Assembly: GCA_003281725.1 (NCBI GenBank)
Contig: QCBC01000005.1
Location: 5,140-69,139 of the forward strand
DNA: 64,000 nt
Reading direction: 5' to 3'
Source: Pelagibacteraceae bacterium AG-345-O09
GTDB taxonomy: Bacteria > Pseudomonadota > Alphaproteobacteria > Pelagibacterales > Pelagibacteraceae
Positions 30,796-40,680 of this stretch are shown here, piece after piece. Position 1 is the first letter of the stretch. Each line of letters opens with the position of its first letter. Made by a program: the position numbers and the translations under genes. Below the pieces are notes generated by a model, which saw nothing but the letters and a program-made list of their open reading frames with translations, did not search any database and was not told the DNA's origin.

Positions 30796-31446
30796 ATGAC
30801 ATTCTGCCTAGACACAACAGTAATAAAGCCAGAGAATAATTTTGAGATTAAAAATGCTATTATTTTACTTCATGGCTATGGGGGAGATGGTAAAGATATA
30901 AGTGTATTATCATTGAATTGGAAAAGACATTTGCCAAACACAATTTTTATTTGCCCTAATGGTCACGAGAGGTGCCATATAAATCCATCTGGATATCAAT
31001 GGTTTGATTTATCAAATGAAGATCCAAAATATATTTTGGCTCAATCTAAGAAAGCTGAAAAAAAATTGAACCAATTTATTGATGAAGTCAAAAAAGAATA
31101 TAATATTGATAATGATAAAATTTGTTTATCTGGTTTTAGCCAGGGATGTATGATGTCTATAAACTTGGGATTGACGGCTGATAAAGAATTTAATTGTATT
31201 GTAGGTTTTTCTGGTAAAATAATTGATCCAGATGATCTAAAGTTGAGAAAAAAAGTCGCAACAAGAACATTATTAATTCATGGAGATGCAGATCAGATAG
31301 TAATGCCAAATTTTTTGTTAGAAGCAAAAGATTTTTTTATTAGAAATGAAATAGAAATTGAAACTCATATAATAAAAAATTGTGACCACCATATCCCTAT
31401 AGAAGCTTCAAGCATAGCATTAAATTATATTTTAAAAAAATTTTAA
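30796..31446 (+). CDS. Phospholipase/carboxylesterase (alpha/beta hydrolase)
   Basis: LLHGYG, GFSQG nucleophile, HGDAD, HHI. Confidence 0.9.
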   Translation: MTFCLDTTVIKPENNFEIKNAIILLHGYGGDGKDISVLSLNWKRHLPNTIFICPNGHERCHINPSGYQWFDLSNEDPKYILAQSKKAEKKLNQFIDEVKKEYNIDNDKICLSGFSQGCMMSINLGLTADKEFNCIVGFSGKIIDPDDLKLRKKVATRTLLIHGDADQIVMPNFLLEAKDFFIRNEIEIETHIIKNCDHHIPIEASSIALNYILKKF

Positions 31447-31492
31447 TATTCCTTACCATTGAAAATTTTTTTATTTGAGTTAATGTTTAAGT

Positions 31493-32062
31493 ATGAATAA
31501 TTTTATTGAACAAGATGTCTCGCTAGAAAAATGTCCAGCATTAGTTTTAAATGCAGATTATAGACCCTTAAGTTATTATCCTTTATCTTTGTGGTCTTGG
31601 CAAGATACAGTTAAGTCTGTATTTTTAGATAGAGTTATAATTGTAAGCAATTATGATAGGGTTGTAAGAAGCCCATCTTTTAATATGAAATTACCAAGTG
31701 TGATTGCACTAAAAGATTATATTGTGCCTCAGTCAAAACCAAGTTTTACAAGATTTAACGTTTTTTTAAGAGATAAATTTTCATGTCAGTATTGTGGAAG
31801 TAGTGAAGAACTTACATTTGATCATTTATTACCAAGATCAAAAGGTGGTGAAACCCATTGGGACAATGTTGTGACAGCTTGTTCAGCATGTAATGTTAGA
31901 AAAGGTGGAAAACTTCTCAAATCATCTGGAATGAAACTCAATCAATACCCCTATCAACCATCTACTGAAGATTTACATCGCAATGGTAAAAACTTTCCTC
32001 CCAATTATCTTCATAAAAGTTGGATGGATTATTTATATTGGGACGTCGAGTTAGAGGCTTAA
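31493..32062 (+). CDS. HNH endonuclease (McrA-like, conserved alphaproteobacterial type)
   Basis: LVLNADYRPL, RDKFSCQYCG, TFDHLLPRSKGG, NVVTACSACN. Confidence 0.9.
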   Translation: MNNFIEQDVSLEKCPALVLNADYRPLSYYPLSLWSWQDTVKSVFLDRVIIVSNYDRVVRSPSFNMKLPSVIALKDYIVPQSKPSFTRFNVFLRDKFSCQYCGSSEELTFDHLLPRSKGGETHWDNVVTACSACNVRKGGKLLKSSGMKLNQYPYQPSTEDLHRNGKNFPPNYLHKSWMDYLYWDVELEA

Positions 32063-32064
32063 AT

Positions 32065-32595
32065 TTAAACTTTCTCAGAAATATTAATAGCTATTTTTGA
32101 ACCAGTTTTAATAATTTTATCCATGATAGAATAAATACCTTTTTTTGTTGCTCCTTCTTCATAAGCAATATCTTTATGGTGCAATTCGTCGTCCCTAAAT
32201 TTAGTAATCTTTTTTTTTAATTCTTTTTCTTCAGGACCTAATTGATTAATTTGACTTAAATAGTGCTTATCTATAACCTCTTCTACAGAAGCCGTACAAA
32301 GCATTGCTGCTTTTTTCCCAAGTAAAGTTGAACCAAAACCGAGCCCCACACCTAATAAGTCCCACAGAGGTAAAAACTTTGTTGGTTTAATATTTCTTTT
32401 TTTAATTTCTTTTTCAAAAAATTGACAATGTTCTATTTCATGGGTTTTCATTTCCTCAATAGTTTTTTTTAAATCTTCGTTTTTAACAAGAGTATTTAGT
32501 GCTAATAATTGACCTTCATAAATTTTAACTGCACCACGTTCCCCCGCATGATCAACTCTTATAAATTCCTCTACTTTGCTACTTGTTTTTTTCAT
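32065..32595 (-). CDS. coq7: Demethoxyubiquinone hydroxylase Coq7
   Basis: IRVDHAGERGA..IYEGQ, EIEH, VEEVIDKHY, DELHH di-iron motifs. Confidence 0.93.
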   Translation of the reverse strand: MKKTSSKVEEFIRVDHAGERGAVKIYEGQLLALNTLVKNEDLKKTIEEMKTHEIEHCQFFEKEIKKRNIKPTKFLPLWDLLGVGLGFGSTLLGKKAAMLCTASVEEVIDKHYLSQINQLGPEEKELKKKITKFRDDELHHKDIAYEEGATKKGIYSIMDKIIKTGSKIAINISEKV

Positions 32596-33064
32596 ATGAA
32601 ATATAAATTTTTGTAAGTAATGTTACTAAAATTAAACTTAATAATATATTAATACTTGTCAGAGATAATCCAAAAATTCTAAATGTCACATCTTTACAAC
32701 TTACAGTCTTTTCTTGTAATTGTTTTAGTATTTCGTCTTTTGAGATAATTCCAGTCATATCTTTTAAACCACAAACCCCAGATTCTTTAAATAGGCCCTG
32801 TTCAATCCCTAAATGGTAGATTGAAATAGTAAAAGAGAAGAAGAATATGAGGATTAATAATAAAATTATAAGCTTTTCTTTTTTTTTGAAAAAATAATTT
32901 AAAGTTATCAAAATTATGCACAATCCATAAGGTATTCTCTCTATCAAGCATAGATTACAAGGCTGATGTCCAAGAACATATTCTATAAAATATGCAGAAA
33001 TAATTGCAACTAAACTAATTATTAGAATTAATCTTAGATAAAACTCAATTTTTAAATTAGTCAT
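32579..33064 (-). CDS. dsbB: Disulfide bond formation protein B
   Basis: PCNLCLIERIPY, four TM helices, second Cys pair. Confidence 0.9.
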   Translation of the reverse strand: MTNLKIEFYLRLILIISLVAIISAYFIEYVLGHQPCNLCLIERIPYGLCIILITLNYFFKKKEKLIILLLILIFFFSFTISIYHLGIEQGLFKESGVCGLKDMTGIISKDEILKQLQEKTVSCKDVTFRIFGLSLTSINILLSLILVTLLTKIYISYEKNK

Positions 33065-33662
33065 AAAATTTTAAAATTAAATATATTGTAGCTGCAATTA
33101 TAACGATTAGTATTCCAATAATTGTAAACCATTTAGATCCATGTTTTTCCATAAATTCAGTAAATAAATTTCCAAATTTATAAGATAAATAAGAAACGAT
33201 AAAAAAACGTAATCCTCGAGATATTAAACTTATTACTATAAAAATTAAGATATTAAATCCGATTAAACCACTAGCTATAGTAAAAACTTTATAAGGCAAT
33301 GGGGTAAAACCAGCTAAAAAAAGTATACTTAGCCAAGCATAAAATCCCTCACTATTAATTAAATTATTTTTTAGGCTAATTAATCTATCTTCGTATCCAT
33401 AAAAGGTCATAATTTGCATTCCTATGTCAAAAAAAAAAACTCCAATGAGATAACCTAATATACCACCTAATACTGAGAACATCGTTGTAATAAGAAATAT
33501 TTTTAAAAAATCATCTTTTTTTGAAATGACCATAGGTATAACCATTACATCTGGTGGTATTGGAAAAAATGAACTTTCAATAAAAGATATAATCGCTAAG
33601 TAATATTTAGAACTTTTATGAGCCGCTAAATTTAAACATTTTTTATAAAGAGTATTCAACAT
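33057..33662 (-). CDS. YqaA/DedA family membrane protein
   Basis: ESSFFPIPPD, GFTPLPYKVFTIASG, SRGLRFF. Confidence 0.9.
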   Translation of the reverse strand: MLNTLYKKCLNLAAHKSSKYYLAIISFIESSFFPIPPDVMVIPMVISKKDDFLKIFLITTMFSVLGGILGYLIGVFFFDIGMQIMTFYGYEDRLISLKNNLINSEGFYAWLSILFLAGFTPLPYKVFTIASGLIGFNILIFIVISLISRGLRFFIVSYLSYKFGNLFTEFMEKHGSKWFTIIGILIVIIAATIYLILKFYD

Positions 33663-33721
33663 TTTTTAGTTTTAATATAATTTTAGTTCTTATACTATTT
33701 AATAAATAATTTAACAATCGA

Positions 33722-33806
33722 GGGCGAATGGCGGAACTGGTAGACGCGCACGACTCAAAATCGTGTTTCGCAAGAAGTGAGAGTTCGATTCTCTCTTCGC
33801 CCACCA
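33722..33806 (+). tRNA. tRNA-Leu (CAA)
   Basis: GGGCGAA acceptor stem, TGGTAGAC D-loop, CACGA-CTCAAAA-TCGTG anticodon arm, long variable arm, GTTCGA, encoded CCA. Confidence 0.97.
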
Positions 33807-33810
33807 AATT

Positions 33811-35554
33811 ATGGAACTAAAAGAGATAAACAGTTTAGTTGAACTTTTTTTTAAGAAATTTGAGGAAAAATTTTCAAATGTTTCTGAAAAAAAAATATGA
33901 AGAGATTTTTTTAATATCTCTTAAAAACAAAGAATATCCAGATACAAAATCTGGACCGTATACTTACTCTTGGGGTAATATTGAAACAAAAATAAAGATT
34001 TTATCAAATTACTTAAATAATATTATTTCAAAAGGTGATAGATGTATTTTATTGTCAGAGAACCGCCCTGAATGGTTAATTTCTGATATAGCAATAATGA
34101 ATGCAGGTGGAGTAACAGTGCCACTTTTTACGACTTATTCTAAAAATGATTACGAATACATTATAAAAGATTGTGAACCAAAAGTATGTATTGTTTCAAA
34201 TATTGATCAATTTAATAAAATTAAAAATTATATTGCAGAAAATACCATTGTTATTTCAATCGATAGATTTGATAAAACAATAGAATTTTTTGAAAATATT
34301 TTTTTGAAAGATAAAGCTAATCTTAAAAAATTAATCGAGTCTGCTGATCCTTATAATAATAATTTAAAAAGAAATGATTTAGCTTGCATAATTTATACAT
34401 CTGGGACTACAGGAAACCCAAAGGGAGTAATGCTTAGTCATGGAGGAATTTTGTCAAATTGTGAGGGAGCACAAGAAATTTTAAAATCATTAATTAAAAA
34501 AGATCCTCCAGTTTTCCTAACTTGGCTTCCCTTATCTCACTCATATGAACATACTGTTCAATATGTTCAAATATTACTTGGAGCAAAAGTCTTTTACGCT
34601 GAAAGTTTAGAAAAATTATTACCTAATATGGCTGTTGCAAAACCTACCATCATGACCGCGGTGCCAAGATTTTATCAAAACTTATATACTAAAATTTCCT
34701 TAAATTTCTTAAATCAAAAAGGAGTTAAGAAATTTCTTATAACCAATACTATTATACTTGGGACTAAAATATTGAATAAAAAACCACTTAGTTTTAAACA
34801 AAATTTAATCAATTTTTTTTGTGAGAAATTAGTAAGAAAAAAAATCAAAAAACAGTTTGGTGGTAAACTTAGGGCTTTTGTTTCAGGCGGGGGTGCTTTG
34901 GATCAAAAAATTGGTGAATTTTTAAATTCTATAGGATTACCAACTTTACAAGGATATGGGCTAACAGAGACCTCTCCAGTTGTAAGCTGTAATATTCCAG
35001 GAGAAATCAAAATTGAGACAGTTGGGCCACCTTTTAAAACAAATCAAGTAAAAATTGCTTATGATGGTGAAATTTTGGTTAAAGGAGAAAATGTTATGCT
35101 TGGTTATTGGAAAATGAAAAAGGAAACAGAGAATATTATCAAAAATGGTTGGTTACACACAGGAGATATAGGTGAGATAACTAAAGAGGGAAATTTGAAG
35201 ATAACTGATAGAAAGAAAGAAATTATTGTTAATTTAGGTGGTGAGAACATTTCACCTTCTAAAATTGAAAATTTATTATGTCTTAATGAAAAAATTAAAC
35301 AAAGTTTTGTTTATGGAGATAAAAAAAACTATCTTGTTTCTTTAATTGTAAGTGAAACTGAAGAAAATAAAAAAGAAATTGAGTTTTATTTAGAAACTTT
35401 AAATAGAACTTTGTCTATAGTAGAAAAAATTAAAAAATTTAAATTAATTAAAGAAGAATTTACAATTGAAAATGGAATGTTAACACCGACTTTAAAACTA
35501 AAAAGAAAAAAAATTTTAGAAAAATATAAAGAAGATTTAGAAAAACTTTATTAA
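33811..35554 (+). CDS. fadD: Long-chain fatty acid-CoA ligase; likely N-terminus offset by an apparent +1 frameshift at A9 (33887-33895)
   Basis: YTSGTTGNPKG, GYGLTETSP, WLHTGDIG, LTPTLKLKR; ATG 33811 gives MELKEINSLVELFFKK, which joins the main frame if the run is A8. Confidence 0.85.
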
Positions 35555-35671
35555 TTTAAGTTAATTATTTGATTATAAAGCGCGTAAACACTAACTTTTT
35601 TACACATAAAAATTTTAAAATAATTTTTTATATTATAAATTTTTTATAAAATTTTATCTTTAATTAAATAA

Positions 35672-35746
35672 TTGACATAACGTGTATAAAAAAATAAAAA
35701 TAAGGTATCAGCGAATCGTTTTGATTCGTTTAACTAAAAAAGGGAG
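35672..35746 (+). promoter_or_regulatory. Promoter, 5' hairpin and SD for the basic micropeptide
   Basis: TTGACA (35672)-N17-TAAAAA; GCGAATC-GTTTT-GATTCGT hairpin at 35711-35729; AGGGAG at 35741-35746. Confidence 0.6.
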
Positions 35747-35752
35747 CTAAAG

Positions 35753-35830
35753 ATGCCTAAGAGAAGAAAAAAAGCAAAGAAGGCTAAGAAAAAAGCTAAG
35801 AAAAAAGCTAAAAAAAGAAGAAGAAGATAG
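35753..35830 (+). CDS. 25-aa Lys/Arg/Ala-rich basic micropeptide (not in ORF track)
   Basis: MPKRRKKAKKAKKKAKKKAKKRRRR; SD 6 nt upstream, own promoter-like elements and terminator. Confidence 0.75.
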   Translation: MPKRRKKAKKAKKKAKKKAKKRRRR

Positions 35831-35849
35831 TAACTTAGTATTCTTTATT

Positions 35850-35893
35850 AAAAACGCTTCTCATAACGATTTCGTGTGAGAGGCGTTTTTTTT
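35850..35893. terminator. Bidirectional intrinsic terminator
   Basis: AAAAACGCTTCTCA-N13-TGAGAGGCGTTTTTTTT between the converging micropeptide and carD. Confidence 0.85.
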
Positions 35894-36731
35894 ACTCCTC
35901 TAAAGCAACTTCATTGTCAGTTGTAGTCTCTTGCACAGGTAATTCTGAAGTGGTTTGTTTTGAAGTCTCAGTATTTGGCTGCGGTTGTGAAGCTATATTT
36001 CTTTTTAAAGCTTTATCTAATTTTTTTTGAGTATCTTCTAAGGAAACATTTAATATTATTTGAAACTCTGACAATATTCTTTCATAGGCTTTTTCAAATA
36101 ACTGTCTTTCACTGTAAGATTGATCAACCATAAGATCATCACCTTTATTCAAATCTCTTACTACTTCAGCAAGCTCATAAATTTTTCCTGAAGAAATTTT
36201 TGCCTCATATTCTTGGGCCCTTCTACTCCACATAGATCTTTTAATTTTAGGCTTACTTTTTAAAATGGAAATGCACTTATTAACTTGATTAATTGTTGCT
36301 AATGATCTTAAGTGTGATTGTTTGTTAACTGGAACCATACCATTAGCTTTATCTTTCTCAAATTTAATTACATATGTTTCAACATCGATCCCACCTATAT
36401 TTATTTTTTTAAATTCACTTATTTGCCCAACACCATGTTTAGGATAAACAATATAATCTTTTATTTTATACTCTCGTTTCTCTGAATCTTGTTTTTTTAC
36501 TTTTTTAATTTCTGGCTTTGTTTCATTATTTTTAGGAATTCTTAGATTTTCAGTTTTTGCCTCAGTATTTTTTTTAATTACTGACTTTTTAATTTTAGAA
36601 TTAGTAATTTTTTTTCTTAATTTTTTTTTGGTTTTAGTAACTTTTTTTGGAGCTACCTTTTTTTTTGCTTTTTTTGATTTTTTTTTATTAAATGTTTTCT
36701 TTAAAATATTTTTCAAACTTATTTTGCTCAT
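35892..36731 (-). CDS. carD: CarD-family transcription factor with Lys-rich N-terminal extension and acidic tail
   Basis: [42 protein letters not shown]; follows fdxA as in other alphaproteobacteria; exact start uncertain. Confidence 0.9.
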   Translation of the reverse strand: MSKISLKNILKKTFNKKKSKKAKKKVAPKKVTKTKKKLRKKITNSKIKKSVIKKNTEAKTENLRIPKNNETKPEIKKVKKQDSEKREYKIKDYIVYPKHGVGQISEFKKINIGGIDVETYVIKFEKDKANGMVPVNKQSHLRSLATINQVNKCISILKSKPKIKRSMWSRRAQEYEAKISSGKIYELAEVVRDLNKGDDLMVDQSYSERQLFEKAYERILSEFQIILNVSLEDTQKKLDKALKRNIASQPQPNTETSKQTTSELPVQETTTDNEVALEE

Positions 36732-37014
36732 CTTTATATTTTTCATGATCCGCAGGGGGATCTTTTTTTTCACTTATATTTGGCCAGATTTCAGAATATT
36801 TTTTATTGATTTCTAACCATTGTTCACTCCCCTTTTCCGTGTCGGCCTTAATGGCATCAACAGGGCACTCTGGTTCACAAACGCCACAATCTATACACTC
36901 ATCAGGTTTAATTACAAGCATATTTTTTCCTTCGTAAAAGCAATCAACTGGACAAACTTCAACACAATCCATCAATTTACATTTTATACATTTATCATTA
37001 ACTATATAAGTCAT
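36688..37014 (-). CDS. fdxA: 7Fe/8Fe ferredoxin FdxA
   Basis: [18 protein letters not shown] and [12 protein letters not shown]. Confidence 0.95.
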   Translation of the reverse strand: MTYIVNDKCIKCKLMDCVEVCPVDCFYEGKNMLVIKPDECIDCGVCEPECPVDAIKADTEKGSEQWLEINKKYSEIWPNISEKKDPPADHEKYKDEQNKFEKYFKENI

Positions 37015-37427
37015 TACAAAATTTCTTTTTTAATTTTCTCTTGGATACTTCCCATTATTTTATTATCGATGTACATTAATCCTCCAAGTCTTCGCATCAA
37101 ATTAGTTTCATAAATATCAGCGTCTTTATTTGAATATATTATTCTCCATAATGTTTCTATAATTTCTATTTTCTTTTCTTCATCCATCACTTTTACTTCT
37201 TTTGTAAAATCTAAAATTTGATTTGCATTTTCTTCAATTATTTTACTTTGCTCAATTATTTCTTGAATATTTTCACTATTTGCACCCATTTTTAATAGAG
37301 CTTGTTTAATAATCATTTCTTCTTGTTTTGAAAAATTTTCATCAATTTTACCAGCATGTATCATCAAAGCCGATATTTTTATTAATTGGTTATTACCCTG
37401 TTTCTGTATTTTTTTTTTAAAAAACAT
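37014..37427 (-). CDS. TerB-family protein
   Basis: [30 protein letters not shown] pattern. Confidence 0.8.
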   Translation of the reverse strand: MFFKKKIQKQGNNQLIKISALMIHAGKIDENFSKQEEMIIKQALLKMGANSENIQEIIEQSKIIEENANQILDFTKEVKVMDEEKKIEIIETLWRIIYSNKDADIYETNLMRRLGGLMYIDNKIMGSIQEKIKKEIL

Positions 37428-37430
37428 GAT

Positions 37431-39908
37431 CTAATTAAAATTTATTTTTTTTAAGACATCAAAAGGATTTTCTTTTTCTATCTTTTTAACTGTTTTTTTA
37501 AACGTTTTTTTAGGTTTATATTTAAAATAAGTTTCATTATTTTTTTCTAAAACAATATAATTCATACTTTTAAGAAGTTTTTTAAAATTTTCTTTATTAC
37601 ATCCTAATAAATTTAGCATTTCTGGCATCATTTTAACTTGTTTTTCTTTTTCAGAAATAGAGTTAATGATCTGAACAAATAGTCTCTCTAAAATATCAAT
37701 TCTTATAAAGAAATTTTCAAATTTTTCAAATCCACAAAGTAACATAAAATTTCTATCTTTAATTTTATATTCATCTAAAAAATTTAATCCAAAAGTAGGT
37801 GGTTTTAGACTAAAATTTTTTTGGTTATAGTTTTTCCAAAGTAAGGTTCGCAACGAAACAGCATCAGGCTTTATTAATCTATGTAAAAATACATGATATC
37901 TTCCAAATTTTACACCTAGGTCTCTTAAAATTTTTCTTTCGTTTTGTCCTAACTTTTTTAAATATTCAGACACTTGGTCTCTTTTAAGAACCCCATTATT
38001 CTCATAAAGTTGATAAGCCAAAGCTTTCATAGAGGAATTTTTTTCTTTTAGGTTCTTTAAATCAATAAGACTTTTTAAAGTTATATTAATTTTATTTTTT
38101 AACCAACTTTCTAAAAATTCAAGTAATTTTTGACTTTGATTTTTTTCTAAAATATCATCAACTATTAATTCAATATTTGGATTTAAGTAGTCTCTACCAG
38201 ACACTAATCTTGCAATAGGTGAATCTTTCCAATAAATTTTGAAATCATTTTCAAGGTCAATTAAACTAGTTTCAATTATCATTTGAATTCTTTTTTCAAG
38301 TTCTGGACTAACAGTTTGCCTTGCTGCTTTCTTGAGAGATTTAATATCAGTTTCTAGGGCTCCTTTTTTTAAATCAAGCTCTAATTTGAGACCATTAATT
38401 TTCCCAATGAAATGATCATCAATCATAACTTCATTATTATCTAAAATTTTAGTATCAAATTTCATATCTTGTTTTAAACCTCTTGCAAGAATACTGGCTC
38501 TTTTATCAATAAAGGTTTTTGTAAGTTCTTCATGCAGCCTATCTGAGAGCTTGTCCTCTAATGATTTAGTTTTTTCTATCCAATAGTCTTGATTTTCTAT
38601 CCAATTTTTTTTATTTGAAACATAAGACCAAGTTCTAACATTTGCAATTCTATTTGATAAAGAATCTACATTTCCATCTAATTTATCTAATTTCATTAGT
38701 TGTAAGCGTATATAATTGTCACTTATTCTAGCTTTTTTGCTATTTAAATATTTAAAAACACTTGCAATTACATCGTAGTGGTTTCCGTAAGTTTTTTTTA
38801 CAAAATCTGGTATTTGGCAACATTCCCACAAAAGAATTAGTTTTTCTTTATTAAATTCAATATCTTTCAAACTTACATCTCTCAAGAAAAATTTGAGAGC
38901 TTTTTCATCTTCACATTCATGTATTTTTCTTAACCATTTTTTTTTTGGTTTCTCATCTAACGAATTTATTAAAGTTGAAGGATTATTAAAATTTAAATCA
39001 GAGTTTCTCCAAAATAGAGATTGAATTTCTTCAAATTTATGATTTTCTAATAAGTTAACCTCTTCAGCACTAATCTCTTTGCATTGACCTGTAATACCAA
39101 AATTACCGTTATTTAGGTATCTTCCAGCCCTTCCTGCAATTTGTCCAATTTCAGATAGATTAAGTTTTCTTAATTTTTTTCCATCAAATTTTTTTAAATT
39201 TGAAAAATAAACTTGATCGAGATCCATATTAATTCCCATGCCTATAGCATCGGTTGCTACAAGAAAATCAACATCACCTGACTGATATAATTCAACTTGA
39301 GCGTTCCTTGTCTTCGGACTTAGAGAGCCCATCACTATTGCTGCTCCTCCTTTTTGTCTTCGGATTAATTCTGCGATTGCATAAACTTCCTCTGCTGAAA
39401 AAGCTATAATTGCAGTTTTTCTCTCTATTCTTGAAATTTTTTTATGTCCAGCATATGAAAGTTTAGATAATCGGTTTCTATCAATAAATTCTATATCATC
39501 TTCTAACTTTGAAATAATATTTTTAATCGTATTTGAACCCATTAGCATTGTTAATTTGGTTCCTCTCATATTAAGAAGTCTGTCCGTAAAAATATGTCCT
39601 CGTTCATGATCTGCACACATTTGTATTTCATCTACTCCGACAAAGGCTAAGTGCTTATCTATAGGCATAGACTCAACAGTGCATAAGTAATATTTTGCAT
39701 TTGGGGGTATAATTTTTTCTTCCCCAGTTATTAAAGCAACCTTATCTAAACCAATTTTTGTGATGACTTTGTCATAAACCTCTCGAGCTAATAATCGCAA
39801 AGGAAAACCAATCATTCCACTATCAAAAGACAACATAGTTTCTATTGCTAAATGAGTTTTTCCGGTATTTGTTGGACCTAGAACAGCTGTAATTTTATTT
39901 TTAGTCAT
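37431..39908 (-). CDS. Suv3/MgpS-like superfamily II helicase
   Basis: GPTNTGKT, PLRLLAREV, DEIQ, VATDAIGMG, QIAGRAGR. Confidence 0.92.
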   Translation of the reverse strand: MTKNKITAVLGPTNTGKTHLAIETMLSFDSGMIGFPLRLLAREVYDKVITKIGLDKVALITGEEKIIPPNAKYYLCTVESMPIDKHLAFVGVDEIQMCADHERGHIFTDRLLNMRGTKLTMLMGSNTIKNIISKLEDDIEFIDRNRLSKLSYAGHKKISRIERKTAIIAFSAEEVYAIAELIRRQKGGAAIVMGSLSPKTRNAQVELYQSGDVDFLVATDAIGMGINMDLDQVYFSNLKKFDGKKLRKLNLSEIGQIAGRAGRYLNNGNFGITGQCKEISAEEVNLLENHKFEEIQSLFWRNSDLNFNNPSTLINSLDEKPKKKWLRKIHECEDEKALKFFLRDVSLKDIEFNKEKLILLWECCQIPDFVKKTYGNHYDVIASVFKYLNSKKARISDNYIRLQLMKLDKLDGNVDSLSNRIANVRTWSYVSNKKNWIENQDYWIEKTKSLEDKLSDRLHEELTKTFIDKRASILARGLKQDMKFDTKILDNNEVMIDDHFIGKINGLKLELDLKKGALETDIKSLKKAARQTVSPELEKRIQMIIETSLIDLENDFKIYWKDSPIARLVSGRDYLNPNIELIVDDILEKNQSQKLLEFLESWLKNKINITLKSLIDLKNLKEKNSSMKALAYQLYENNGVLKRDQVSEYLKKLGQNERKILRDLGVKFGRYHVFLHRLIKPDAVSLRTLLWKNYNQKNFSLKPPTFGLNFLDEYKIKDRNFMLLCGFEKFENFFIRIDILERLFVQIINSISEKEKQVKMMPEMLNLLGCNKENFKKLLKSMNYIVLEKNNETYFKYKPKKTFKKTVKKIEKENPFDVLKKINFN

Positions 39909-40012
39909 TTCTACTTTTGGTATACTTTTTCTTTTACCTACCAGATATTGTTAGTTGTATAGAACAAAAATAGACTAAAACATGACCGAATCAGAGAAAT
40001 AAAAGTTCTCAT

Positions 40013-40414
40013 TTATCTTTTAGCTAAAATTTTCCAAACTCCCGAAGCTGAGGTAATAATTTTATCATTACATTTTAATTCACAGAATAAAAAAACCAAA
40101 GTTTTCGTTTTCTTAAGTATTTTAACTTTTCCAATTATTTCATCATCAACTTTTGATGCACCTATAAATTTTAAATCCAAAGAAATTGTAACGCATGGCG
40201 CATTATCAGCAGATCTATGAGCAGCTGTCCCAGCACCAGCATCAATTAAAGCAGATAGATATCCGCCATGAGTTATACCAGCCATATTTAAATGATTTTT
40301 GGTAATTTTAGTTTTAAATTCGTATTCATTTTCTGAAATATTTCTGAACAAAACACCTCCATTATGTTTCATAAATCCAGGATTTAAGCTAATTTGTTCA
40401 AAATCTTTAGACAT
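40013..40414 (-). CDS. PaaI-family thioesterase
   Basis: HLNMAGITHGGYLSALID hot-dog motif. Confidence 0.9.
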   Translation of the reverse strand: MSKDFEQISLNPGFMKHNGGVLFRNISENEYEFKTKITKNHLNMAGITHGGYLSALIDAGAGTAAHRSADNAPCVTISLDLKFIGASKVDDEIIGKVKILKKTKTLVFLFCELKCNDKIITSASGVWKILAKR

Positions 40415-40420
40415 TATTTA

Positions 40421-40519
40421 TTATAATACAAAAGTTAAAATTAATAAAATTATAAAAATTAATATAAAAAAATAGACTACAGATTTTTGAAGTGAGGATT
40501 TCATAAACCAATCAAACAT
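40421..40519 (-). CDS. Candidate 32-aa single-TM peptide
   Basis: MFDWFMKSSLQKSVVYFFILIFIILLILTFVL; AAGGT SD-like upstream; fills the tRNA-Arg to PaaI gap. Confidence 0.4.
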   Translation of the reverse strand: MFDWFMKSSLQKSVVYFFILIFIILLILTFVL

Positions 40520-40532
40520 ATTTACCTTTTCT

Positions 40533-40609
40533 TGGTGCGCCTGCTAGGAGTCGAACCCAGAACCTCCTGGTCCGTAGCCAAGCGCTCTATCCAGTTGAGC
40601 TACAGGCGC
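40533..40609 (-). tRNA. tRNA-Arg (ACG)
   Basis: Reverse complement GCGCCTGTAGCTCAACTGGATAGAGC...CTACGGA...GGTTCGACTCC...GCGCACCA, 77 nt cloverleaf. Confidence 0.97.
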
Positions 40610-40680
40610 ATTTTTAATTTTATTTAATTATAATATAACAATTTTTAGTGTATTTTAACTACAAGAGAAAACTAAATTTC

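Noticed and set aside
31493-32062. HNH gene as homing endonuclease, mobile element or defence system
   Set aside because: Looks like the conserved housekeeping-context alphaproteobacterial family; no intron, methylase, integrase or flanking repeats
39962-39987. LexA-like box upstream of the helicase
   Set aside because: GAAC-N7-GACT does not match the direct-repeat consensus
33722-40609. Genomic island bounded by the two tRNAs
   Set aside because: No integrase or duplicated tRNA 3' end; enclosed genes (carD, fdxA, helicase) are core
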